From Terriglobia bacterium (lineage in GTDB: Bacteria > Acidobacteriota > Terriglobia > 20CM-2-55-15), in NCBI GenBank assembly GCA_963555775.3, contig CAUVWY020000009.1, positions 940,598 through 980,597 on the forward strand: a DNA stretch of 40,000 nt. Direction: 5' to 3'. Positions within the stretch are counted from its first letter, which is position 1; every line of letters starts with the position of its first letter. The position numbers were made by a program, and so were the translations under genes. Below the pieces are notes generated by a model, which had not been told where the DNA came from, made no database searches, and saw nothing but the letters and a program-made list of their open reading frames with translations. Below are positions 20,137 to 30,521 of the stretch, piece by piece.

Positions 20137-20253
20137 TCGTCGGCTATGTGTTGGCGATCACGAGAAAGTGAAGTTTTTGGAACACGCGCCGGCCGATCAC
20201 TCAGTCGATTGCGTATTCCGGCGAAAGCCACCAGTGATTCCGAAGTGAAAGTG

Positions 20254-20334
20254 AACCCCGCCTACCGGCGGGGCGATCTGTTCGCCAAACGTCGCCAGAT
20301 GATGCAATCGTGGACAGACTACCCTCAGCAGTAA
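20254..20334 (+). pseudogene. C-terminal remnant of a P4-type tyrosine integrase
   Basis: NPAYRRGDLFAKRRQMMQSWTDY followed by a stop matches the conserved integrase tail (AY.R.D....RR.MM..W.DY). No catalytic-domain sequence is recognisable upstream in the same frame. Confidence 0.45.
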
Positions 20335-20383
20335 CACGTGGGGCGGGCAGCGTCGGCGTACAGGCACACAGCGAGTGCCTCGT

Positions 20384-22630
20384 TCAGGTCGGCACGACCT
20401 GCAAGCGTTCACGCAACGCTGCGACCAAACTGGCGCTGCCTTGGCCTCTAGCGTACAGAGTGCACGCACCGCTTGGCCTGTGAGACTCGATGAATGCCGT
20501 CGCACTGTGTTTTGCTGCCGCCGTTGCGATGACGAACACGTCGGATGTGGCGGACGCACCTCTTAGAGCCGGCGAGCCGCCCACGTGATCATGGAATATG
20601 TTGACCCGGACTCCAGGGCACAGTTCCCGCACGACTAGCGCGGCGCGGCGAAGCGCGGACTCTTGTAATGAGTACAGAGCCACTTTCTTTCCATCCAAGG
20701 TGTCCCACTCCGACGGGAGTTGAGGTCTATCCTGTACCGGTTCTGGCTGGGTAACAGCTTCGGCCACACCGAGTTCTTCAGCCAGGTGTTGCAGGAGAAC
20801 GATGTCTGCCCTGTCGACACGTCGGTACCAGCGTCGAAAGAGCCCCGCAATCGCAACGACGAACCCCTGTCTCTCAGAGGGCGCGGGACAGGCTGCGTTC
20901 ACAACGATCTCGACCGCCTCGAGTGCGATCGTGGCAACGGACGGTGTCTCGACGGCGTTGATCGCGGATGACAGTTGCCCAAGAAGTTCGCGGTAGTCAG
21001 CAATTGTAACGCCCAACTGGAGCCTCACATCGACGACCTTCAAGAGCACGCTGACCTGAGGCAGCGACACCTGGTCGTCGACCGCGATTACGAAGAAGAG
21101 GCTCTCGAATACCACCTTCAGCCTCGGATCTAGTCCACTGCGCAAGCAAAACGTTAGAAAATAGGGCAGTGCGTCCCTAAGCGCCTCCTGGCCCCAACTC
21201 GCTCGATCGCGGAGGAGGAGATCCGCCACCTTTTGAACCGCCAACGGATCTCTGGCGAACTTGTCGACACTCCACTCTCGAGAGGCTATCTCCGCGACTG
21301 ACACAGCGGATGACCACGATTCTGGCAGCGTCAGACGTGTTAGCCACATCGCCCATGTCGTCGGTAGTTCCACGACGTCAGAATCTGTCACGGCAGCAGC
21401 ACTGAGTTGTTTTAAAGAACCGACAATACGCCCGAGAACCGCGTTGTGCGCCAGCCGTGATCGCCCGTCCACTGACAGACCTTCGACGGATTCCAGTGCG
21501 ACCTGAGCGGCTGACAGCGTTTCCATATCTCGCGCGCAACGAATCAAGAGTGCAGTTCGCTCAAAAGATGGTGGGAGGACGGCAACAAGGCTATAGGCGC
21601 GATCAATGTCAGCCTCGCCAAAGGCCGCACGCGCCTCCGCGAGAGGGTCACCTTCGGGCAGACCGACCTGCGCCTCCTCGAGGGCGGCGAGCATAGTCAG
21701 ATATTCACGATGCGAAGAACCCGGTGGGTATCGCTCAAGGACCGCTTCCGCAGCGACTAGCCTTGCTGGTGCCGACGCAAGGGCAGCCAGCAGAAAACTG
21801 ACGTCCACTTCATAACCTGAGAGACCCGCGCGCGATCGATACAGATCGCGGAAGCGCGGGAGAATGTCCGAGCGGAAGTAGCCGATGGCGTCCGCAGCAT
21901 CACGTCCAACTTCGAATTCCTGGAGGCACGAGCGGTACACGGCGCCGATCAAGGCCTCAGTTACCCGCCGCGGACGTGGCATTGCGATCAAAGCATCAAG
22001 TTCCGGAAGGGCCAGGATCGCGTCCCCGTAGCCGCCGACCGCGAGACATCGTACCTCAAGGAATAGAAGATTTGCCGCGCCAAGGTGGCCTGACGAACGC
22101 AATTCATCGATCAATCCGCGCGCAGCGGTTTCGTCGCGCATAAGCAACGCGTACTCGAAATCACGAAGAACTCTGCCGACTGCGCGTAGTCGACGTGCGT
22201 GCCTTGCGGGACGTTCGCCACGTAGCCGGATCAGGAGACGGAGGCGCTCCCGAGCAATATCAAGGATGGCGTGTTCCGAAACGTCAAGTCGGAAGGCATT
22301 GCTTCCGCATCGGGCCAGTACTGATGCCTCGACGCTGTCATTTTGATCGAGACGCTCAAACTGGTTACTTGAATCGCAGTAGCTCGGCCCAAGAAACGCC
22401 CGCACCTCGTCGCGGGCGTTTCGCGCAGCACGCGGAGACGAACAGAGTATGTACCACTGCACTTGTCCACTGTCCCGCACGCGAGGGAGCACGAGAACCT
22501 CTGGATTACGCCGCAGGTCATCGAGGAACGGATCGAGCCTGTCCTGCACGTCGCGTGGAAGTGAACCTGCCTGAATCGCATCCCAGCGCAGACGATTGCC
22601 TGGGCCGAAGAACGTCTCTTCGAAGGTCAC
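20384..22630 (-). CDS. Unknown 748-aa protein, last gene of the helicase/PLD operon (C-terminal DUF2325-like region)
   Basis: 4-nt overlap with the PLD gene. The C-terminus KKVALYSLQE...VNIFHDHVGG...DVFVIATAAAKHSATAFI resembles the DUF2325-type pattern. The rest is helical and Arg/Leu/Ala-rich with no motif I can name. Confidence 0.65.
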   Translation of the reverse strand: MTFEETFFGPGNRLRWDAIQAGSLPRDVQDRLDPFLDDLRRNPEVLVLPRVRDSGQVQWYILCSSPRAARNARDEVRAFLGPSYCDSSNQFERLDQNDSVEASVLARCGSNAFRLDVSEHAILDIARERLRLLIRLRGERPARHARRLRAVGRVLRDFEYALLMRDETAARGLIDELRSSGHLGAANLLFLEVRCLAVGGYGDAILALPELDALIAMPRPRRVTEALIGAVYRSCLQEFEVGRDAADAIGYFRSDILPRFRDLYRSRAGLSGYEVDVSFLLAALASAPARLVAAEAVLERYPPGSSHREYLTMLAALEEAQVGLPEGDPLAEARAAFGEADIDRAYSLVAVLPPSFERTALLIRCARDMETLSAAQVALESVEGLSVDGRSRLAHNAVLGRIVGSLKQLSAAAVTDSDVVELPTTWAMWLTRLTLPESWSSAVSVAEIASREWSVDKFARDPLAVQKVADLLLRDRASWGQEALRDALPYFLTFCLRSGLDPRLKVVFESLFFVIAVDDQVSLPQVSVLLKVVDVRLQLGVTIADYRELLGQLSSAINAVETPSVATIALEAVEIVVNAACPAPSERQGFVVAIAGLFRRWYRRVDRADIVLLQHLAEELGVAEAVTQPEPVQDRPQLPSEWDTLDGKKVALYSLQESALRRAALVVRELCPGVRVNIFHDHVGGSPALRGASATSDVFVIATAAAKHSATAFIESHRPSGACTLYARGQGSASLVAALRERLQVVPT

Positions 22631-23145
22631 GCCACACCCCCATATTCCTTCCGAAAGGCGAGTCGCAGTTGCTCGACGCTACCGCGCTCATTCTGGAAGA
22701 CAAGCATTTCCGTGAGGCGCTCCAGTCCGTTGAATGTCAGGTTCATTGAACCGAGCAGCGAGTACCGGTCACCGACAATACCCTTGGCATGCAGTTCCGA
22801 ACGCTCATGGAAGATCACTGCTTCCGGTCTACCCACGGCCTGGAGTCCATCCAGGACCTGGCGATTACCCGCATCTGCTCGCGCCGCGATCACGACAGTC
22901 GTCCCTCGGTCGACAAGTTCTCGAAGCACGCGGCTTAGACGCACCTCCGCGCGAGGAAAGTCCGGGCAGAGAGACAGAAACGACCCGGTGCTGTTGTCGA
23001 GGACGGGGATGTCGCGCAGCCACGGCGACACGATCCAAAGGCAGCGGCTCGGCATCAAGAGTTCTGACGCGAAGATGAGTTGCAGCAATTCCTGAGCGGA
23101 CTTTCTTGCGTCAACCGCGGTTTGCAGGAACTGGCGCGTTGTCAC
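22627..23145 (-). CDS. Single-HKD phospholipase D-family nuclease (DpdK-like / Nuc-like)
   Basis: HAKGIVGDRYSLLGSMNLTFNG contains H-x-K-x4-D-x6-GSxN. The product is 172 aa and has 4-nt overlaps with both neighbouring genes. Confidence 0.8.
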   Translation of the reverse strand: MTTRQFLQTAVDARKSAQELLQLIFASELLMPSRCLWIVSPWLRDIPVLDNSTGSFLSLCPDFPRAEVRLSRVLRELVDRGTTVVIAARADAGNRQVLDGLQAVGRPEAVIFHERSELHAKGIVGDRYSLLGSMNLTFNGLERLTEMLVFQNERGSVEQLRLAFRKEYGGVA

Positions 23146-24181
23146 TGAAAGGCCTCTGGCAATTCAACTGCGGCCTTGAAGCGGCCGCCGTCACGGCGAA
23201 TCCCGGTCACGCGTGCGTGAACAAGAATGGCCTCTGAGTCAACCGGTTCTGCGCCGATTCGCAGCAATGCGTCCGCGAGTTGTCCGCCGTTGTCGGCAGC
23301 GGCGACAAGTTCGGCCGATCCATCTTCAAGTAGGACGCGCGCGAGTTCGTCGAACCAGTTGGCATTGGAAACAGCGATTTGCCGTACCGACCACGAGACT
23401 GCAGCTATTACGAGCAGTCGATCAGACTCTGGGAGTCGTTCAAATGGGTTCCATGCACGTAGCGATTCTGCTCGGATCTGTGCTCCACGAGGCCAGAACA
23501 TGCTGTATAGAACGCCGAAGCGCCACGCACGGCGTGCACTCTCGGAATCACCCGCCGGCGTCACGCCGAGCGCCCGCTCCAAAGTTGCATCCGAACTCTT
23601 GACTAGAGCAAAGACCCGAGCGTCAATTTCGACATTGAGTGCGACTTCCGCAGCCTGCCATTCGCGTGCTAGCGCCGCAGCAAAGCAGTCCATGTTTCCG
23701 CTCGTTCCAGATCCCAGCAAGCGTGTATTGACCGACACCATGAGCGTTGTGGTCGGCTGGATGTCACGGCGGGCGAGTTCACTCCGCAGGGCCGTTTGCG
23801 CACGGAGGCCCTCTCTGTGGGACGTTGCGACACGGACTGCACTGAACGCGTTCACCAAAGAGGAGTGTTCTGGTCTCGCCGAAGACACCATGTCCAGGAT
23901 GCGGGCGAGTTCGTCACCGATGGCCTCCAAATCAGAACCACTGAGCACGTCGTCTAATAGTCGGCAATATCTTCTCGGGTCCTCCACATACCGCGCAAAA
24001 AACTCCTCGACAAATCCGCCGCCACCGATCGTCGTCTCCGTGATCCACAACTCGTCCACGTGTTCACCCGCCTCTGCGTCTTGAGCATTCTCGCGATTGA
24101 CGTACGCGTTCAGATCCAATGCAAGAGCCCCTGGGTCCATTCGAGGACACAGATTGTGAGCTCCTTCGACGAGCGCAGATC

Positions 24182-24311
24182 CTAGCAGCCTGTCGGACTT
24201 TCGGCGTAAGTCCTTTGTTTTCAACAACGGCCCTTTTTAGCCCGAAACGGTAAACACAGTCATATGAATGACTTAGGTTTTTGATTCGGTGTTAGTCCGA
24301 CAGGCTGCTAG
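24182..24311. mobile_element. MITE-like element, copy 2, inserted inside the large helicase gene
   Basis: Same 130-bp sequence as 7205-7334, with CTAG at both ends. It supplies the premature stop (LAACRTNTESKT*) of ORF 24273-25685 and the false start MLKTKDLRRKSDRL of ORF 23142-24227. Confidence 0.85.
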
Positions 24312-25699
24312 CGTCGACTTGAATCGGGCTCGTAACCATACCTCCCAATTTTCATCAATCGGTGACCAGAGGACGTGCGCAGCCTGATGGAGTGCGTCTC
24401 TCGTTGCCGGCAAATCGAGCAAATCTGCGAGCTCCTGTAAGCGGCGCGGCAGATCTTGGTCATCCGTGTCGTTCAGGTCGGATCCGTTCCATTGAAGGAT
24501 CGTTTCCAGCACTTCTTTAATCGTCGTCCTGGATGTTTTTCGATTTACTGCGCCTTCAGCCGACTCCAGGTCAAGCTCTGTTCGCAAGGCTTCGGCCGTG
24601 ACCGTTGACAGATAGGTCTGCGACAGCCAATCTCGCTGAAACGTGTTTGATATACCATCCAAGGCCGGCGAGTCGCGAATGAGGTCTCGAAAGCGTGCCG
24701 TCCGGAGTCCGCGTACAAGACGACCATCGCCCATGCAGAGTTCGTGCAACCGTTCGGGATAGGCGAACTTGACCTGTATTCCATCGACATCTGCTGCGAA
24801 GCCCACTGCGGCAGGCTGCTCGCCTACCTCGGTGGCGTAGACAAATCGTAACGAATAGACAGTCTGTGGCTGCCGCCCACGGCCGACGGAAGCCGTTGCC
24901 CCCATTGAGAAGCGCCGAAGTTCGACTGGCAAACCCAATTGGTGCGTGTGCACCCACATTGCTAGAAGAACCGACTGCCAGACGGATCCGTGCGGAAGAT
25001 CGATCTCATGACCAACGGCTGTTGGAATGATCTCCGAGCGCCATTCAGGAAAGGAGTTCGACGACTGCTGGACATCAAGTGGCGTTTGGTCGACATCAAT
25101 CGCGAACGGACGAAATACGGGAATCTCGCGTTCCTGTCCATCGGGCTCGACGTAATGGGAGTACCCGAGGTCAAGACGGTCACCCGCCGGACAAAAGTCG
25201 TCGACAGAAACGCGATCTCCGTCCCCCGGGGCGATCCAATGGCGTTGACCGCCGGTGGACACGCCAAAGCGCCGAGAAACACGGCCCGGAGAAAACTCAC
25301 GTAGCGCCTGCGCGATCGGCATCAATTCGGTCCGCGGTTCGCCCCGGCCGTATGCTGGGAGGCGAACGGCGACATCCGGCACCTGTAAATCGCTGAAGAG
25401 CGTCCGAGGAAGGAACTCCGGTAGAGGCGCTCTTGGAGTGTGCGGCTCAAGTGCAGGGCTGGAGGCCCGTCTCCAGCCTCGCTCGAGTCGGCGGAGCAAA
25501 GTGGGGACCGCTTCCGTCATGAGAGCGCGAGGAGGTTCCCACATGACGGCACTGACCTCATCCGGATCGATAGCGAGCGAGCGAGCGATAAATCCGGCGA
25601 ACTCATCCCGAACAGAGCTTTCCTCAAGCAGCGTCGTCAAATACTGGACGTATAGCGCTTGACGCTCTCCCACATCGCGTGACACTTGGCCGTTCTTAA

Positions 25700-27643
25700 T
25701 CTGAAGTTCCCCCGCCAGTATGGACGTATCTAGCTGAGAAATAAGAACAAATCAGGATATGGAAATGTCGGCTACTGGGAACGTCTTGATCAGTTCGGCA
25801 GCGCGCCGTTGCAGAGGGGTGGGTTCGGTGAGGCGTTCGAGAGGCGGGCCGTCGGGATCGGTTTGGAGTCGGCAGGCGCACCGGCATTGGGTCGCCAACT
25901 CGGCGAGCAGGGTGGACATGCTGTGCAAGGGCAAACCGTCATCGGTCCGGCGGCGGTTCTTCTTGGCCTTCGCCGTGTCGGACGCCTGGGCGGGCAAGAC
26001 GGGATCGCGCGTGGCGCGTTGCAGGTCGAGTTCTTCGTCGTGGAACAGCAACGGCGCGAGCGCCTGGCGCAGGTGCCATTCGACGTAGTAGGCGAGCATG
26101 CACAGGAAGATATGGGCGCGCACACGCGACTCGGTGCGATGGTATATGGGCCGTATCCGCAAGTCCACGGTCTTCAGGGACCGAAAGGCGCGTTCGACGC
26201 GGGCGAGGTTCTTGTAGCCGCGGACCACTGCGGCGGCGTCCAGTCGCGTGGCCGGTTCGCTGGTGCGGACGACGTAGTACCCGTCCAGGGCCGCTTCGCG
26301 TTCAATGGCGGCGGTCTTGCGCTGGTAGGTGAAGCGGTGGTCTTCAATGACGGTTTCGAAGTGCTTGGCCATCTTGAAGCGGTTCTGCGCGCGCCCGACT
26401 TTCTCGGCAATGGCGGTCGCGGTCAGCGGCGTCCGGGTCCGCCGCGCCACCTGGCGCTGGATCTTGCCGAACGCCTCTTCGGTGGCCGTGAGCAGCGCGT
26501 CGCGTTTGCGCCGGCGGCGCTCGGCCAGTACCGGGTTGTGGCAGACCACGAGCCGCTCGTCCGGGTACGCCGCGACGGTGATTTCGGCCAGGTTCCGCGC
26601 ATCGAACAACGACGTTTGCACCGCGCCCTGCTCGAACAACCGGCGAATGTCGGTATGCCGCAACGCCGAAATCCAGCCTAACCCCGGGTGCTGTTTGAGA
26701 TGGTCGATCTGCGTCTGCGTCAGCATGCCGCGATCGCCCACCAGCACCACCCGTTCGAGACCGAAGCGATCGCGCAGTTTCGCCACCTGGTCCGGAACCG
26801 TGTTCGGATCGGCCGTGTTGCCCTCATAGGCCTGTATGGCCACCGGCCGCCCCGCCGCATCGGTCATCAACCCATAGACCACGATGGGCCGTCCCCGCTT
26901 GCCGTCGCGGCTGTAACCGAACTGGGCCAGGGCACAGGCGCGCCCTTCGTAATAGCTGCTGCTGACGTCATAGAGCACGTGCCCGCTGTCGGTCAGATGC
27001 CGCGCGGCCAGCCGCCGTTCAATCCGCTCCTGACGCTCCAGCACCCAGTCCATGGCGTCGTAGAGATCGTCCTCATCGGCGTTGTCGAGCGCCAATTCCT
27101 GAGCCAGCGTGGTGGTGTGCCACAGCCGCGTGGCGGCGAGCTTGGACGTGGGCGCCAGGAGGCGCTGGACCAGCATCGCCAGCACCAGGTCGCGCGGCCG
27201 GGACCGTTTGCGGTCGAGCACGGCCGGCAGGTCGAGACGGCGCAGCAGGTGCAGGATCAGTGCGACATGGCCGTGCGGCAGCGTACGGTCGATGGTGAAG
27301 GCCTCCTCGGGGTGGACCAGGGGTTGGTCCTTGAGCAGTTGGCGGAGGCGGGCGACTTTCGGCGCGGGCCAATGGGAGAGATTGGCGATGGTGCGTTTGT
27401 GGACGCGATGGCCTTCGCGCCAGCCTTCCCGCAGCAGGACGGCGGGTGGCGAGTTGCGGTTGGGAACAGTTTCAACGTACATGGGAACATAATGTACGTG
27501 AAATAGCTGATTAATGCAACACCACAATGAGCAAAAAGATTCTCATACATGGGAACATCTGGCGCTTTTCTGCCGAGGCATAATGCTCCCTAATTCAAGA
27601 CGTTAGGGTGCGTTTTCGACCAAAATGCCGGGGGAACTTCAGC
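25700..27643 (-). mobile_element. IS1634-family (IS4 superfamily) insertion sequence, about 1.94 kb
   Basis: Imperfect 18-bp inverted repeats are TCTGAAGTTCCCCCGCCA (25700-25717) and TGCCGGGGGAACTTCAGC (27626-27643). It is flanked by a TTAA (or TTAATCT) direct repeat at 25696 and 27644. It contains one transposase gene. Confidence 0.85.
25752..27482 (-). CDS. IS1634 family transposase
   Basis: MYVETVPNRNSPPAVLLREGWREGHRVHKRTIANLSHWP... is the characteristic N-terminus of IS1634-type transposases. I prefer the ATG at 27482 over the listed start at 27527. Confidence 0.9.
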   Translation of the reverse strand: MYVETVPNRNSPPAVLLREGWREGHRVHKRTIANLSHWPAPKVARLRQLLKDQPLVHPEEAFTIDRTLPHGHVALILHLLRRLDLPAVLDRKRSRPRDLVLAMLVQRLLAPTSKLAATRLWHTTTLAQELALDNADEDDLYDAMDWVLERQERIERRLAARHLTDSGHVLYDVSSSYYEGRACALAQFGYSRDGKRGRPIVVYGLMTDAAGRPVAIQAYEGNTADPNTVPDQVAKLRDRFGLERVVLVGDRGMLTQTQIDHLKQHPGLGWISALRHTDIRRLFEQGAVQTSLFDARNLAEITVAAYPDERLVVCHNPVLAERRRRKRDALLTATEEAFGKIQRQVARRTRTPLTATAIAEKVGRAQNRFKMAKHFETVIEDHRFTYQRKTAAIEREAALDGYYVVRTSEPATRLDAAAVVRGYKNLARVERAFRSLKTVDLRIRPIYHRTESRVRAHIFLCMLAYYVEWHLRQALAPLLFHDEELDLQRATRDPVLPAQASDTAKAKKNRRRTDDGLPLHSMSTLLAELATQCRCACRLQTDPDGPPLERLTEPTPLQRRAAELIKTFPVADISIS

Positions 27644-29819
27644 TTAATCTCCGCGGCAGGCTGTGAGAAATCGACCCAAGGATCCGGTGAATAGCTCACC
27701 GGTAACCGGCGCGCCAGCCAATCGCAGAGCACATATGTTGCTTGCATGCGAAGGACGGCCCTGTTCTTTAGCGGCAAGTGACGGGGCGGTAGATTTGGCG
27801 AGAACAACTGATCATAGCCTTGGTAGGCGCTTCGGTCGCGGCCGTAGTCGGATAGAGTGACCACGGTCCACGGCCTCATTTCTTGGCGGCGACCCGCGCG
27901 ACCCTTTCGTTGGAGGAACGCCGCGGCACTATGTGGCGCTTTATGTTGAAGCACGGCACCCACTTCAGGGTCATCGAACCCAACCTCGAGAGCCGCCGTG
28001 GCCACAACAATATCCGCATCCGCATCCACGCCGGTATCTTGTGAGCTTGTGCGTCCGACCCGCACACGACTTCTAGGCGCTAGTACATGCCCGATTTCCT
28101 CGACAAGAGCCCAGTTCTGTCCGCATTCGAGTCGCTCCCGGGCGTTCGGTAGCGTAGTCCCTCGAAGATTCGCCAGCGACCCGCCCACGCGAACCGGGTT
28201 CGGTCGACGGCCAAACCAATCCCACCCCTCGGCATCAAGGAGATTGTGATAAAGCCGGTTAATGACATCCAGATTGTCCGTGAACGTAAAGACGCGGCTG
28301 CCAGAGTAGTCGTCGTGTCGCGATCCCAGAATTCTTCGCAAGAGCATCAGCGATTGAATCGTCGTTGAAAGTAGACTCGTTCCCGAAGATGGATCGCCTC
28401 GTAGCGCAAGCATGTAGTCGGCGCCGTGCGCCTCGAACTCGTTGACCTCTGGCGCGACTTCTCCCACGTCTCCAGGGCCTAACCCTGTCAGATCCCCAAA
28501 GAATCGCGGCGCATCCGCAAGCGTGGCTGACAGGCCGACGAAATGCGGTCGTGCACCAGACGCGCGTCTCCAACGTCGCATTAAGAGAGCTACGTGAGCG
28601 CCATGCACACCTTCGTAGGCGTGAACTTCATCTATGAGTACAAAGTCCGGACGTCGCTCTGGCCTCACCCCGATGCCAAACAGTGGTGCGAATTGTCGCG
28701 ACGACAATCGCTGGTTCAGCATTTCGGTGGAGGTGAAGAGGATATCCGGGGGTTCAGCGAGCATCCGTTGCCGCGTGAGGCGGATCTCATCTGGTTCCAC
28801 CTGGTCACCGCAACGGGTATCAGTGCAGAGCAACCGTTCAAGGCCGATCTGGACGTCACCCTCCATCCATGCCATGTTCGCACCGCAACTCGGACACCGA
28901 ACAAATGGGCACTCATAAGCCGTCTGCCCTCCGAGCGACACGCGCCGCCATGCAGTACCGCGGCTTGGCGTCATGACGTTGCGGGAAGCGTGTGGAACAT
29001 CGCCGTAGAGTGCACCGATGACCAACCGCCGCCGCCCGCGGTCGACTAGTGCCGGAGTCGCCCGCCTTGCGTTCGCGAGAGCCTCGCGAAGTTGATCTTT
29101 TAGGAGTTCGTTTCGGGGATAGAGCGCGAGGCACTTTGTCCAATACGCTGCGGATAGCCGTTCTGCGATCGCAGCGTAGGCCGGAAGATAGAACGCGAGC
29201 GTCTTGCCGCTTCCTGTTCCCGCGGAGATCACCGTTCCAAGAGACCGGTCACTGCCCACCGCACGAAGAATTCGCTCTGTCGCGCGAGCTTGAAAGCGGG
29301 CCAGCGGCCGCTCTATGGCTGCGCCACCCTGTACGAGAGCATTGATGACGCTTTCCTGCAGCGCCGAGACATGAGTCTGTTGTCGCAGATCCTGCAAGAG
29401 GGTGGTTGGTGCGAGGTCCCGCCGTGGGTACAGTCGTGGCCGAACGAAAAACCGATAGTCGGCAACAAGATTCGGTGCGGTCCGCCAGGCAGCGTTCTTA
29501 GGGTCTGGAAATATTTGCTTCAGGCGCGCAAATAGCCGCACGGCTTCGGCCATGCGTGTTCGGTAACGCTGGGTGTCTGGCACTCTCCACAAAAGTTTGA
29601 GGTCGAGCAACGTCTCAATGAGACTCCAACCTGAATCGTGAACGCTTTCAATGCCCTTGCTCGCAAGCGCGGACAGATATTCATCCGCAAGTTGCTCTAT
29701 TTCAGTTTCTGAGAAAAAGCCGTCTATGAGCCCCCAGGAGAGAACGCCTGCCTCAGAGCGTTCAAGCTGGCCGAGGAATTCCAGGGCGTGTGCATCGTCA
29801 GCCATCGCGTGTCGCATTC

Positions 29820-30521
29820 CTACGGAACAACCACTTGCACACGAAGATATTTGAACAGATCTCGGTCAGAAAGCCATTGACGTACGCTGGGAGTCAGTCT
29901 TTCAATCGGTGCGCCTCCGCCGCGACGCCCCGCCTTGAAGAACTCCAACACCTCCTTCGGAAACTCGTCGGGCTTCAAATCATCAGCGAGTCTCCGCAAC
30001 GCCTCGCGGTGGTCGAGAAACTGCTCAAGAGATTCCGCCGAGAAGCAAGGGTCATTTCCATTGAGCAGAGCATCCCGTTGTTGACGTATCCTGCTCACTC
30101 GATCGGCATATCCAGGGATGACTTCCACTTGCTTCAGAAACACCTCTTCAACAGTGGGCAAGTCCTGCCGCACCGATTTGAGCGCCTTCTCCGCGATGCC
30201 CAGAAGATCCTTACCGAACTTGTCGACCGACCGTTTCAGTCGACCGTAGTCTCTTCCGCTTTCTACTGGTTTCACCGCGAGCTTCGCCTGACATTCGGCC
30301 AGCACCCTCATCACAGCATCAGGTGATGGGGGCTTGGCAACAGCCACGTCCTTCGTCCTAAACACGACGACTCGCTCTATCGCATCCTCCACGACATCAC
30401 GAATGGATTTCAGTTCGCCGGCAAGCTCCCGAAACACCTCGGCGTCCATATGTGCACGTCGAAGGTCGTTCCGTTGCTGAATCTGCGAACCAATATTGGC
30501 GCAGCGGTCGAGCACTGTCAT
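29820..30521 (-). CDS. Unknown 233-aa helical protein within the helicase operon
   Basis: 4-nt overlap with the upstream ATPase gene. Its stop lies 2 nt before the helicase ATG. No recognisable motif. Confidence 0.6.
   Translation of the reverse strand: MTVLDRCANIGSQIQQRNDLRRAHMDAEVFRELAGELKSIRDVVEDAIERVVVFRTKDVAVAKPPSPDAVMRVLAECQAKLAVKPVESGRDYGRLKRSVDKFGKDLLGIAEKALKSVRQDLPTVEEVFLKQVEVIPGYADRVSRIRQQRDALLNGNDPCFSAESLEQFLDHREALRRLADDLKPDEFPKEVLEFFKAGRRGGGAPIERLTPSVRQWLSDRDLFKYLRVQVVVP

Larger units (their letters stand above)
23142..29817 (-). pseudogene. DEAD/DEAH-box helicase of about 1533 aa (DpdJ-like / Lhr-like) split into three ORFs by an IS1634-family element and a MITE
   Basis: Segment 1 (29817-27644) carries AGTGSGKTLAFYLP, LIDEVHAYEG, GLSATLAD, QRKGRAGRR and a Cys-rich insert CPFVRCPSCG...CTDTRCG. 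Merging the two TTAATCT copies (27644-27650 and 25696-25702; repeat offset 1948 bp) joins ...PAAEIK to NGQVSRDVGERQ in frame. Merging the CTAG copies (offset 126 bp, removing 24186-24311) joins ...RFKSTL to GSALVEGAH in frame. Confidence 0.8.

Noticed and set aside
20146-20334. The 62-aa ORF as an intact small gene
   Set aside because: Only its last roughly 25 residues resemble anything (an integrase tail). There is no RBS or conserved N-terminal part, so I treated it as a gene remnant.
22627-23145. PLD-family protein as a phospholipid-metabolising enzyme (cardiolipin/phosphatidylserine synthase)
   Set aside because: It has a single HKD motif, is only 172 aa, has no membrane segments and is embedded in a helicase operon. 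This fits the Nuc-type nuclease subgroup better.
25759-27506. Plus-strand ORFs 25809-26681 and 26688-27506 (and others) inside the IS1634 element, and minus-strand ORFs 12703-13456 inside the IS1380 element
   Set aside because: They are antisense to well-supported transposase genes, and their composition is typical of GC-driven open frames.
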